NCBI GenBank assembly: GCA_965220965.1 | Contig: OZ244852.1 | Span: 1,376,001-1,440,000, forward strand | Length of the DNA: 64,000 nucleotides | Source: Candidatus Marinacidobacterium sp. | GTDB lineage: Bacteria; Acidobacteriota; Vicinamibacteria; Marinacidobacterales; Marinacidobacteraceae | Reading direction: 5' to 3' | In this document: one piece after another, positions 9,378 to 21,954 of the stretch | How positions within the stretch are numbered: the stretch's first letter is position 1 | Layout: each line of letters starts with the position of its first letter | The notes under the pieces: model-generated | The model's database searches: none | What the model saw: the letters and a program-made list of their open reading frames with translations, nothing else | Told to the model about the DNA's origin: nothing | Position numbers and translations under genes: made by a program

Positions 9378-12300
9378 GTGATCTTTCGATCGTTGATGAC
9401 CGGACTGTTGACTGTCGGCTGGGTCGGAACCGGCCTCGCCGCCCCGGCGCAGGATGCCCCGGCGGAGGAGAAGGAAGCGGAGGGACTGCCGCTCGCAGCG
9501 GCGGAGACCCTGTCCTTTACCGTGACCGAGGGCACCTGGATGTCGCTCGACCTGTCGCCGGACGGGCGGACCATCGTCTTCGAGCTGCTGGGAGACCTCT
9601 ACACCCTGCCGGTCGAGGGCGGAACCGCCACCCGGATCATCGGGGAGATGTCCTTCGAGAGCCAGCCGGTGTGGTCGCCCGACGGGACGCAGGTCGCGTT
9701 CGTGAGCGACCGCAGCGGCGTCGAGAACCTCTGGGTTGCGAACGCCGACGGAAGCGAACCGCGCGCGCTCACGAAGGACGGGCCCACCCGGGACCGCCCG
9801 CAGCTCATGGTGTCTCCGAGCTGGACCCCGGACGGCGAATACCTGCTCGTGTCGCGCTCGCGTCCGCCGGACCGGACCGCCGGCGTGTTCCTCGTCCACC
9901 GGGACGGGGGCGCCGGAGTCCGGCTAGGCGAGGCGCCGTCAGAACCCACCCCCGGGGCCGGCGGCCCCCAACCGCCGAACCGCCTCGGCGCGGTCGCTTC
10001 GCCCGATGGCCGCTCGATCTACTTCTCCGAGCGGCGCGGGACCTTCAACTACAACGCGCAGTTCCCGATCTGGCAGGTCGTCCGGTTCGACCGGGTCACC
10101 GGCGAGGAAACCACGATCACCAGCGCCCCCGGCAGCGCGATGCGGCCGCTGCTGAGCCCGGACGGGCGCCACCTGGTCTACGCCACCCGCCATCGGACCG
10201 AGACCGCGCTCCGGGTCCGCGAGCTCGAGACCGGAGAAGAGCGCTGGCTCGTCACCGGCGTGACCCGGGACGACCAGGAATCCCGCGCCAGCCGCGACAC
10301 GATGCCGGGGTACGCGTTCACGCCGGACGGGTCCTCGATCATCGCGACGGTGGACGGCGGGTTCCGCCGGATCGACTTCGAAACCGGGGCGATGACCGAA
10401 ATCCCCTTCACCGCATCCGTCGAGGCCGAGGTCGGCGCCCGGCTCCACTTCCCCCGACGCGTCGACGACGGACCCGACGTAACCGCCCGGATCGTTCGCT
10501 GGCCGCGGATCTCGCCCGACGGGAGCACGCTCGTCTTCTCCGCCTTCAGCCGGCTCTACCGGATGAATCTGCCCGACGGGACCCCGACGCGTCTGACCGA
10601 CTCGACCGAGGACGAGTTCATGCCGGCGTGGTCGCCGGACGGCGGCCGGGTCGCCTACGTGACCTGGTCGAGCGACGGGGGCCACCTGAAGTCGGTGGCC
10701 GCGGCCGGCGGAAGCGGGACAACGCTGACGACGCGCACCGCCTTCTACGCCGAACCCGCCTGGCATCCCGAGGGCGACCGGATCGTCCTGCGGCGGGCCC
10801 CGGTCAAAGAACACCTCTATTCCTTCCTGCGGGAGATGGATGGGGCGTCGGATCTCTACGGACCGGACGCCCCCCGGGGCGGCGAAATCGGCGGCATGCG
10901 CGCCGCCGAGCTGAGCGAGCTGCTGGTGGTTCCCGCTTCCGGCGGAGAGGCGGAAGTCCTCGGGCCATCGGAGAACGGACGCTTTCCGCACTTCACAAAC
11001 GACCCCGACCGGGTCTTCCTGACCGTCGGAAGCGAAGGCCTGGTCTCCTTCCGGCTCGACGGGAGCGACCGGCGCCATCACCTCAAGGTGAGCGGCCGGG
11101 GCGCGGGCCGCAATCCTCCGCCGGCGAGCCAGATCGTGCTCGCTCCCGACGGCCGGAGCGCGCTGTTCGAGCTGCAGAACCGCCACTTCGTGGTCCCCGT
11201 CCCGCAATTCGGGAACCGGACGCTCGAGATCCAGGTGGGGCGCGGAGAAGCCCCGGTTCCGGTTCAGGAGGTCGCGCCCGAAGGGGGCGACAACCTGGGC
11301 TGGTCCCGCGACGGATCGGCGCTCGTCTGGTCGCTGGGCAACCGGGTGTACCGCAAGGACGCCGCCTCGGTCGGCGATGACGACGCCCCGGAGCCCGAAG
11401 TCTTCGACGCGGTCGTCACGGAACCGCGAGCGCGCCCGACCGGGACCCTCCTGCTCCAGAACGCCGCCCAGGTCCTGACCATGAACGGCGAGGAGATCCT
11501 CCGGGGCGCCGACGTGCTCGTCGAAGGCCACCGGATCGCCGCGGTCGGCGCCGGACTCGAGGCGCCGGAGGGCGCGCGGGTCGTGGACGTCTCCGGCAAG
11601 ACCGTGATGCCGGGCTACGTGGACGCCCACGCCCACATGTGGGCGCCGAGGGGAGTCCACCAGCGCCAGGTCTTCCAGCACCTCGCGAATCTCGCCTACG
11701 GGGTCACCACCACCCGGGATCCGCAGACCTCGACGGCGGACGTGTTCGCCTACCGCGACCTCCAGGAGGCCGGCCGGATCCTCGCGCCTCGCATCTACGC
11801 GACCGGGCCGGGCATCTTCTCCCGTTCCGGGGTCTACGACGCCGAGGCGGCGGATCTCTTCCTGAAGCGCTACGGCGCCGACGGCTACGACGCGATCACC
11901 ATCAAGCAGTACATCGCCGGAGACCGGATCGTTCGCCAGTGGGTGGCGATGGCGTCCATGAAGCACGAGCTGACCCCCACGACCGAGGGAGCCCTCGACC
12001 TGAAGCTGAACCTGACCCAGATGATCGACGGCTACTCCGGGCACGAACACAGCCTCCCGATCATCCCGATCTACGACGATGTGGCGCAGTTCGTGGCGCG
12101 CACCCGGACCTACTACACGCCCACGATCCTGGTGGCCTACGGCGGACCCTGGAGCGAGAACTACTACTTCCAGAACACCGATGTGGTCCGCGACGAGAAG
12201 CTGGCCCGGTTCATCCCGGCCGGGATCCTCGACAACATGGTGCGCCGCCGGGGGCAATGGTTCCTGCCCGAGGAGTACGTCCACGAGGGCATCGCCGAGG

Positions 12301-12680
12301 GCTGCACCCGGGTGATCCGCGCCGGAGGCCGCTGCGCCCTCGGCAGCCACGGACAGCTCCAGGGGCTCGGCGCCCACTGGGAGCTGTGGGCGCTCCAGTC
12401 GGGCGGGCTGACCGAGCACGAGGCGCTCATCGCGGCGACCCTCTACGGGGCGGAGGCGATCGGGCTCGAGCAGGACCTGGGAACGCTCGAGGCCGGCAAG
12501 CTGGCGGACATCCAGATCCTCGACGCCGACCCCCTCGAGGACATCCGCAACACGAACTCGGTGCGGTTCGTGATGCTCGGCGGCAACCTCTACGATGCCG
12601 CCGACATGTCCCAGATCTGGCCAGTCGAACGCCCCGCCCCGGAGCGCTTCTGGGCGAACGACAGCCTGCCGGGCCGGTAG
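9378..12680 (+). CDS. Secreted amidohydrolase with N-terminal PD40/TolB-like propellers
   Basis: Repeated SPDG/WSPDG motifs; PGYVDAHAH metal motif; GKLADIQILDADPLEDIRNT C-terminus. Confidence 0.88.
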   Translation: MIFRSLMTGLLTVGWVGTGLAAPAQDAPAEEKEAEGLPLAAAETLSFTVTEGTWMSLDLSPDGRTIVFELLGDLYTLPVEGGTATRIIGEMSFESQPVWSPDGTQVAFVSDRSGVENLWVANADGSEPRALTKDGPTRDRPQLMVSPSWTPDGEYLLVSRSRPPDRTAGVFLVHRDGGAGVRLGEAPSEPTPGAGGPQPPNRLGAVASPDGRSIYFSERRGTFNYNAQFPIWQVVRFDRVTGEETTITSAPGSAMRPLLSPDGRHLVYATRHRTETALRVRELETGEERWLVTGVTRDDQESRASRDTMPGYAFTPDGSSIIATVDGGFRRIDFETGAMTEIPFTASVEAEVGARLHFPRRVDDGPDVTARIVRWPRISPDGSTLVFSAFSRLYRMNLPDGTPTRLTDSTEDEFMPAWSPDGGRVAYVTWSSDGGHLKSVAAAGGSGTTLTTRTAFYAEPAWHPEGDRIVLRRAPVKEHLYSFLREMDGASDLYGPDAPRGGEIGGMRAAELSELLVVPASGGEAEVLGPSENGRFPHFTNDPDRVFLTVGSEGLVSFRLDGSDRRHHLKVSGRGAGRNPPPASQIVLAPDGRSALFELQNRHFVVPVPQFGNRTLEIQVGRGEAPVPVQEVAPEGGDNLGWSRDGSALVWSLGNRVYRKDAASVGDDDAPEPEVFDAVVTEPRARPTGTLLLQNAAQVLTMNGEEILRGADVLVEGHRIAAVGAGLEAPEGARVVDVSGKTVMPGYVDAHAHMWAPRGVHQRQVFQHLANLAYGVTTTRDPQTSTADVFAYRDLQEAGRILAPRIYATGPGIFSRSGVYDAEAADLFLKRYGADGYDAITIKQYIAGDRIVRQWVAMASMKHELTPTTEGALDLKLNLTQMIDGYSGHEHSLPIIPIYDDVAQFVARTRTYYTPTILVAYGGPWSENYYFQNTDVVRDEKLARFIPAGILDNMVRRRGQWFLPEEYVHEGIAEGCTRVIRAGGRCALGSHGQLQGLGAHWELWALQSGGLTEHEALIAATLYGAEAIGLEQDLGTLEAGKLADIQILDADPLEDIRNTNSVRFVMLGGNLYDAADMSQIWPVERPAPERFWANDSLPGR

Positions 12681-12801
12681 CCGCCGGAGAACCTCCGGGG
12701 AGGCCGCCCTGGGGCGCCTCCCCGAGGGCTCGCGCCCCGGAGCGAGCGGCGAGGCGATTCCCGCCGTCGCCAGCGGCGCCGGGTTGGACACAATGCACCG
12801 C

Positions 12802-14970
<2,169 letters not shown>

Positions 14971-15090
14971 GGCGTCGGCCAACCGGGCGGATCCGGTGCG
15001 CCCGGGTCCGTCCGGACGGCCGTTTCGGCGAACAGCGCTACATCGGATAAAGATTCACTCAGATTTATATGGTGCGGATCGGCTAAAAGC

Positions 15091-15119
15091 TTGACAACGG
15101 CCCGCGCCGCGCCTATCTT
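15091..15119 (+). promoter_or_regulatory. Sigma70-type promoter of groESL
   Basis: TTGACA-17 nt-TATCTT, preceded by an AT-rich tract. Confidence 0.75.
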
Positions 15120-15247
15120 TCCCCGCGTCCGAGGTCTGTGCGCTCTCCCGAGCCTCGAGGGCCTCGACCGGCCCGGCCTCCGGGACGTCCATGAACCGCT
15201 GCGCGGCCGGTCTGCGGACGCGCGAACCCCAGAGGAGACAGGTCCTG

Positions 15248-15535
15248 ATGAACATCAAACCCCTGAGGGAGAACGTCGTCCTCCGCCGCCTCGAAGCCGA
15301 GGAGGAGCGGATCGGCTCCATCATCATCCCGGACACCGCCAAGGAGAAACCCATGACGGCGAAGGTCGTGGCGGTGGGCGACGGCAAGGTCCTCAAGGAC
15401 GGCAGCCGGCAGGCCCCCGAGGTCAAGGTCGATGACACCGTCCTGATCGGCAAGTACTCGGGCTCCGAAGTGAAGCTCGACGGCGAGGACTTCCTCATCG
15501 TCCGCGAGGACGAGATCCTGGGCATCGTCGCTTAG
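15248..15535 (+). CDS. groES: Co-chaperonin GroES
   Basis: MNIKPLRENVV...GSIIIPDTAKEKP...GKYSGSEVKL; GGAG RBS upstream. Confidence 0.97.
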   Translation: MNIKPLRENVVLRRLEAEEERIGSIIIPDTAKEKPMTAKVVAVGDGKVLKDGSRQAPEVKVDDTVLIGKYSGSEVKLDGEDFLIVREDEILGIVA

Positions 15536-17206
<1,671 letters not shown>

Positions 17207-17226
17207 TCGAGCCCCCTCCCAACCTG

Positions 17227-17260
17227 GCGCCCGCGCCGCTTCGGCGGTGCGGGCGTCTTC
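17227..17260 (+). terminator. Stem-loop terminator after groEL
   Basis: GCGCCCGCGCCGC-TTCG-GCGGTGCGGGCGT followed by a short CTTC tract. Confidence 0.6.
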
Positions 17261-17355
17261 GCGTACGGAGCGATCCGGGGAGCCCTCGGCCGCGCTCCCG
17301 GAAGCTCGCGGGCGGCCTCCTGCAACCCGTCGCGCAGGTCCATACACTCCGCACC

Positions 17356-18351
17356 ATGGCCCGGGGACGAATCGCTCTGGCGCTCGGCCTGCTTGCGGGG
17401 CCGGGATGCGCCCCGGCGCCGGAGGCGCCCAACTGGCGCGACGAGGCGGCCGGGATCGCGGGAGCGCTCGCCGCGGTTCCGACGACGGACTTCACCGACC
17501 TCGGGGTGAGCGTCTGGATCGGACCCGCTGACCTGAGCCTCACCGGCGGCGCGCCGCTCCACGCCGAGGCCGCCGATGTTCCCCGCCCCGCCGCCAGCTC
17601 GATCAAGACGTCGTACCTCGTCGAACTGTTCGCGGACCGCGAGGGGAACCTCCTCGATCCGCTGCCGGACGCCGCCTCGGTCGTCGGCGACCCGGACCAT
17701 CCCGCCGTTACTCACTTCGACGCGGAAACGCAGGCCGAAATCCGGGAGGCGCTGACCGCGGCGCCCACCGAGACGGTGGGCTTCCACATGATCCGGGGGA
17801 CCGGCGTCTCGAACGCGGTCTACAACGCCGCCGCCAACCTGACGACGGCGTTCCTCGGCGGCCCGGCGGAGCTCACCCGCCGGATCCACGCCCGTCACCC
17901 GGACTTCGCCGGGATCCACTCCCGCCGCTACATGCTGGCCGCGCGCGACGTCACCGGCGACAACACCGCGACCGCCGCCTCGCTGGCGGCGGTTCTCGCC
18001 GGGATCGCCCGCGGGGACACGCCCGGGGTCTCGGCGGGGGTCCACGACGAGATCCGCAAGATCCTCTTTCTCGAGGACACGCCGGACGGTCTCCACTTCT
18101 TCAAGGGAGGCTCGCTGAACTCGGATCCCCTGACCCGGGTGCTCTCCGGGTACTACCAGGAGACCGCCTTCAGCGCGCCCGGCGCCGCGCTGACTTACGT
18201 CTTCATGGTCGAGCTACCCGGTCCCGCGGGCATTGCCCCCGGAACGCTCGACCGCGGTGAAGCCGGCGAGCGGCTCCAGGAGCTCGTCTCCGCGATGCGC
18301 GACGCCGCGCTCCCACCCGCCCGCCGCGCGCTGGCGGCCGCGATCCCATGA
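17356..18351 (+). CDS. Serine hydrolase of beta-lactamase/PBP fold, putative lipoprotein
   Basis: AASSIK (SxxK), FFKGGS (KTG-like), N-terminal Cys lipobox-like segment; TACACT 7 nt before the ATG. Confidence 0.65.
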   Translation: MARGRIALALGLLAGPGCAPAPEAPNWRDEAAGIAGALAAVPTTDFTDLGVSVWIGPADLSLTGGAPLHAEAADVPRPAASSIKTSYLVELFADREGNLLDPLPDAASVVGDPDHPAVTHFDAETQAEIREALTAAPTETVGFHMIRGTGVSNAVYNAAANLTTAFLGGPAELTRRIHARHPDFAGIHSRRYMLAARDVTGDNTATAASLAAVLAGIARGDTPGVSAGVHDEIRKILFLEDTPDGLHFFKGGSLNSDPLTRVLSGYYQETAFSAPGAALTYVFMVELPGPAGIAPGTLDRGEAGERLQELVSAMRDAALPPARRALAAAIP

Positions 18352-19592
18352 CCAGGCCGCTCCTCGTCGCCGCGGCGCTCGCGCTGGCGGCGCCGGTCGT
18401 CGCCGAGGACTGGCCGCAGTGGCGAGGTCCGAACCGGGACGGGATCTCGCTCGAGACCGGCCTCCTCCAGCAGTGGCCCGACGGCGGCCCCGAACTCGCC
18501 TTCCGGGCCGAAGGACTCGGCGCCGGCTACTCCACGATCTCGGTGGCTGACGGGCGCGTCTTCACCCTCGGCATGGTCTCCGGCCGCGAGTGGGTCTTCG
18601 CGCTCGATGCGCGGACCGGCGCCACGCTCTGGTCCACGCCGCACGGCGCCGGTCGCCGCGACGGGCGCGGCGATGGCCCGAGATCGGCGCCGACCGTCGT
18701 GGGGGACCGGGTCTTCGTGCTGGGCGCCCGCGGCCGGCTCTCGGCGCTGGAGGCGGCCAGCGGGCAGACGGTCTGGGGCGTGGACCTGATCGGGGACATC
18801 GGCGGACGGAACATCAGTTGGGGAATCAGCGAGTCGCCCCTCGTCCTCGACGGCCGGGTGCTCGTATCCCCGGGCGGCCGCCGCGCCGGGTTCGCGGCCC
18901 TCGACGCCGAGACCGGGGAGGTGCTCTGGGCCACCGGCGGCGACGAGGCGGGCTACGCCTCGCCGATCCCGGTTCCCCTCGCGGGCGCGCCCCATGTCGT
19001 GTTCTTCAGCGGCGACCGGGCCGCCGGGGTCCGCGCCAGGGACGGCGAGGTGCTGTGGAGCTTCGAGGGGGCCTCGAACCGCACCGCGAACATCGCCACG
19101 CCGGTGCTCGCGCCGGCGCCTCCCGGCGCCGCCCGCGTCTTTCTGAGCTCCGACTACGGAACCGGCGGCGCGCTCGTCGAGCTCCGCGCCGGAGACGACG
19201 GGACCGTCTCCGCCACCGAGCTCTGGTTCACCCGGAACCTCCGCGCCCATCACGCCACCCCGATCCTCCACGACGGCGTGCTCTACGGGTTCTCCGGCTC
19301 GATCTTCAGCGCCCTCGACATCGAGACCGGCGGCCTGTTCTGGCGGGACCGGAGCGTCCGCAAGGGCTCGCTCACGTTCGCCGACGGCCGGATCTACGTG
19401 TTCACCGAACGCGGGGACGCGGTGCTGCTCGCCCCGTCGCGGGAGGGATATGACGAGCGCGGCCGCTTCGCCCTTCCCTCGGAGGATCGCTCCCGCCGGG
19501 ACACGTGGTCCCATCCGGTGGTGGCGAACGGGCTCCTCTACCTGCGCGACCAGGAACTCCTGCTTGCGTATGACGTAGCGCAGACGCCGTGA
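18348..19592 (+). CDS. PQQ-like beta-propeller repeat protein (BamB-like)
   Basis: Signal peptide, then EDWPQWRGPNRDG; repeated ALDAxTGxxLW; WSHPVVANGLLYLRD. Confidence 0.88.
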   Translation: MTRPLLVAAALALAAPVVAEDWPQWRGPNRDGISLETGLLQQWPDGGPELAFRAEGLGAGYSTISVADGRVFTLGMVSGREWVFALDARTGATLWSTPHGAGRRDGRGDGPRSAPTVVGDRVFVLGARGRLSALEAASGQTVWGVDLIGDIGGRNISWGISESPLVLDGRVLVSPGGRRAGFAALDAETGEVLWATGGDEAGYASPIPVPLAGAPHVVFFSGDRAAGVRARDGEVLWSFEGASNRTANIATPVLAPAPPGAARVFLSSDYGTGGALVELRAGDDGTVSATELWFTRNLRAHHATPILHDGVLYGFSGSIFSALDIETGGLFWRDRSVRKGSLTFADGRIYVFTERGDAVLLAPSREGYDERGRFALPSEDRSRRDTWSHPVVANGLLYLRDQELLLAYDVAQTP

Positions 19593-19966
19593 AGTCTCCG
19601 CTCCGCTTCGCGACCGCCCTCTTTGTCGTCGCGGCGTTCTTCGCCGCCCAGGGCTTCGCCACCCCCCACATGCTGGGGATGGACTGCGATGCGGATTGCC
19701 CGGACTGCGCCGTCGAATGCATCGGCTGCCAGGTCGCCTCCGCGGAGCCTCCGCAGCCGCTCGATACCGCCGGGGATCAGACCGGACCAAAAGAGGTCGC
19801 CCAGGTCGGCGCGGCATTCACCGCGTCCGCCCCACGGCGCCCGGGCGCCCCACCCCGCGGCCACCCGCCTGAGAAGGACATCCCCGGACAAGAGCCGCGA
19901 CCCGCGGTCCGTATCCGGGGCTCATCCGCCAGGGCCGACCGGCGCTCCCGAACGCTGTACTCCTGA
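19589..19966 (+). CDS. Cys-rich secreted leader peptide, copy 1 (frameshifted at the RGPP motif)
   Basis: Signal peptide and HMLGMDCDADCPDCAVECIGC identical to copy 2. One C is missing at ~19861, which changes RGPPA* to RGHPPEKD... with read-through into the UTR. Confidence 0.7.
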   Translation: MKSPLRFATALFVVAAFFAAQGFATPHMLGMDCDADCPDCAVECIGCQVASAEPPQPLDTAGDQTGPKEVAQVGAAFTASAPRRPGAPPRGHPPEKDIPGQEPRPAVRIRGSSARADRRSRTLYS

Positions 19967-20031
19967 ACGAGGCGCGGGAGTCCGTGTGGCCCGTTCCGCC
20001 GCGCGAAGCGCGGCTACGGAGTTCCTTCCCG
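19870..20031 (+). promoter_or_regulatory. Structured 5' leader RNA of outer-membrane protein, copy 1
   Basis: Three stems conserved with copy 2; the last stem (TCCG CCGCGC GAA GCGCGG CTA CGGA) covers the GGAG RBS. Confidence 0.6.
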
Positions 20032-21381
20032 ATGGCCACCAACCTCTTCCTCCCCGGGCGCAGGACCCGCTCTCTCGTTCCAGGAGCGACCTCCGCTCTC
20101 CTGCTCTGTCTCGGCGCCCCGGTCTTCGCCGGCCCCGGCGCTTCACACCCGGACGAAGTTCCCCCCGGGTGTTCCCTGCTGGACCCCCGTCAGGCCCGGG
20201 CGGTCCCCCTCGCCGACTGCGGACAGGGATCCCTCCCCTCCCCGGCCCAGGCGGTGGCGCATGCGCAGGCGGACCGCGATCCCGACATCGGCGACGTCAC
20301 CGAGGCGCTTCGGGGCGGCGGAGCCCAGCACGCTCAACACTCTCAGCACGGGCCCGACGCCCACCAGCCGATGGCCTTCACCGCCGACGGGCATGCCCCG
20401 ATCGGCGTGATGGGGGTTATGGGCGCCCACGTGCACGGCGCGGGTGAACTCATGCTCTCGTACCGGTTTCAGCCGATGGCGATGAGCGGTCTGCGGGACG
20501 GCTCGGCCGACCTCGCCGACGCCGAAGCGCTCGCGGTGGACAACCCCTTCTTCGGCAACCCCGGCCAGCCCCCCAAGATGCGCATCCTTCCGCGCGAGAT
20601 GCCGATGAACATGCACATGGTCGGCGCGATGCTCGGGGTCCACGAACGGGTCACCCTGATGGGCATGGGCATGTACATGTCCCGCGACATGACGCTCGAG
20701 ACCCACAACATGATGGGCGCCCCGATCGGGACCTTCGAGCCGGGAAGCTCCGGCCTGGGGGACAGCAGCCTCGGCGCGTTGATCAGCCTGGCGCAGGGCG
20801 CCGTCAACGTCCAGATGATGGCCGGCGTCGGGATCCCCACCGGGTCGCTCGATACCAGCGGCGAGGTGCTGCTCCCGACCGGGATGCAGCGCGAACTCCG
20901 GCTGCCCTACGCGATGCAGCTCGGATCCGGCACGTTCGACGCGCAGCCCGGCATCGTCGTCCAGACGAAGCGGGGCAACGTCAGCGTGGGAGGGCAGCTC
21001 CGGGGCAGGATTCGTTTCGGCGAGAACTCCGATGGCTACCGCCTCGGAAACGAGGTCCTGGCCACCGCCTGGGCGATGGTCCAGCCGGTCCCGGCCGCCG
21101 CGCTCACCGCGCGCGTCCAGTTCGACCAGATGGGCGCCATCGAGGGTCAGGACGGGATGATCGCCGGTCCGGTCCCGACGGCCGACCCGTCGAACTACGG
21201 CGGAACCCGGGTCACCGGTCTCATCGGCCTGAACCTCGCCGGCCAGAGCGGCGCGATCCGGGAGCACCGGCTGGCGTTCGAGCTCGGCATCCCGCTGTAT
21301 CAGGACCTGAACGGCCCGCAGATGCCGCGAAGCTGGGAGTTCATGGTGGGCTGGCAGCGCGGCTGGTCGCTGACCAACTGA
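20032..21381 (+). CDS. His/Met-rich outer-membrane beta-barrel transporter, copy 1 (putative metal/Cu uptake)
   Basis: Signal peptide; HAQHSQH region; DGHAPIGVMG..HVH; MLSYRFQPMAM; MPMNMHM; YAMQLGSGTFD; LYQDLNGPQM; aromatic terminal beta-strand. Confidence 0.75.
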   Translation: MATNLFLPGRRTRSLVPGATSALLLCLGAPVFAGPGASHPDEVPPGCSLLDPRQARAVPLADCGQGSLPSPAQAVAHAQADRDPDIGDVTEALRGGGAQHAQHSQHGPDAHQPMAFTADGHAPIGVMGVMGAHVHGAGELMLSYRFQPMAMSGLRDGSADLADAEALAVDNPFFGNPGQPPKMRILPREMPMNMHMVGAMLGVHERVTLMGMGMYMSRDMTLETHNMMGAPIGTFEPGSSGLGDSSLGALISLAQGAVNVQMMAGVGIPTGSLDTSGEVLLPTGMQRELRLPYAMQLGSGTFDAQPGIVVQTKRGNVSVGGQLRGRIRFGENSDGYRLGNEVLATAWAMVQPVPAAALTARVQFDQMGAIEGQDGMIAGPVPTADPSNYGGTRVTGLIGLNLAGQSGAIREHRLAFELGIPLYQDLNGPQMPRSWEFMVGWQRGWSLTN

Positions 21382-21416
21382 CGCTCCTCCCCAGAGGAAC
21401 GCCGACCGGTTTGGCC

Positions 21417-21458
21417 GGGCCGTCTGATCCCACCCGGTGGGGGCGGACGGTCTCCTCC
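21417..21458 (+). terminator. Hairpin after transporter copy 1
   Basis: GGCCGTCTGATCCCAC-CCG-GTGGGGGCGGACGGTC imperfect stem. Confidence 0.4.
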
Positions 21459-21508
21459 GCCCCCGCAACCCGGCGCTCGCGAATCGCGTAGGATGTAGCG
21501 CAGCCTCC

Positions 21509-21793
21509 GTGAAGTCCCCGCTCCGCCTAGCGACCGCTCTCCTGGTCGTCGCGGCGTTCTTCGCCGTCCAGGGCTTCGCCACCCCCCACATGCTGGGGAT
21601 GGACTGCGATGCGGATTGCCCCGACTGCGCCGTCGAGTGCATCGGATGCCAGGTCGCCTCCGCGGAGCCTCCGCAGTCGCCCGAGGCGTCCCGGGTAACG
21701 GGAGTCAGGCATCGGGCGCCGAAGATCGTCACGGTCGTCGCTGCGCCGGCGCCGCGCGATCCGGGCGCCCCGCCTCGCGGCCCACCCGCCTGA
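21509..21793 (+). CDS. Cys-rich secreted leader peptide, copy 2, with C-terminal RGPP arrest-like motif (DUF2946/CutF/CruR-like architecture)
   Basis: GTG start homologous to 19589; signal peptide; C-x3-C-x2-C-x3-C-x2-C; Pro-rich linker ending APPRGPPA*. Confidence 0.8.
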   Translation: MKSPLRLATALLVVAAFFAVQGFATPHMLGMDCDADCPDCAVECIGCQVASAEPPQSPEASRVTGVRHRAPKIVTVVAAPAPRDPGAPPRGPPA

Positions 21794-21954
21794 GAAGGAC
21801 ATCCCCGGACAGGAGCCGCGACCCGCGGTCCCTATCCGGGGCTCATCCGCCAGGGCCGACCGGCACTTCCCGAACGCTGTACTCCTGAACGAGGCGCGGG
21901 AAGTTCCTGTGGCCCGTTCCGCCGCGCGATGCGCGGCTACGGAGTTCCTTCCCG
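21794..21954 (+). promoter_or_regulatory. Structured 5' leader RNA of outer-membrane protein, copy 2
   Basis: Stems CCCCGGA/TCCGGGG, ACTTCCCG/CGGGAAGT and CCGCGC/GCGCGG; the RBS lies in the last stem. Confidence 0.65.

Noticed and set aside
12691-12726. GC-rich hairpins in intergenic gaps (12691-12726, 14984-15018, ~27790-27822) as a REP family
   Set aside because: No shared sequence between them; most likely ordinary terminator-like stems.
15137-15165. TGTGCGCTC-N11-GAGGGCCTC in the groES leader as a possible CIRCE
   Set aside because: Spacer is 11 rather than 9 nt and both arms deviate strongly from TTAGCACTC/GAGTGCTAA.
17356-18351. True class A beta-lactamase (resistance gene)
   Set aside because: SxxK is present but SDN and KTG are non-canonical and no omega-loop ExxLN is seen; kept only as a generic serine hydrolase.
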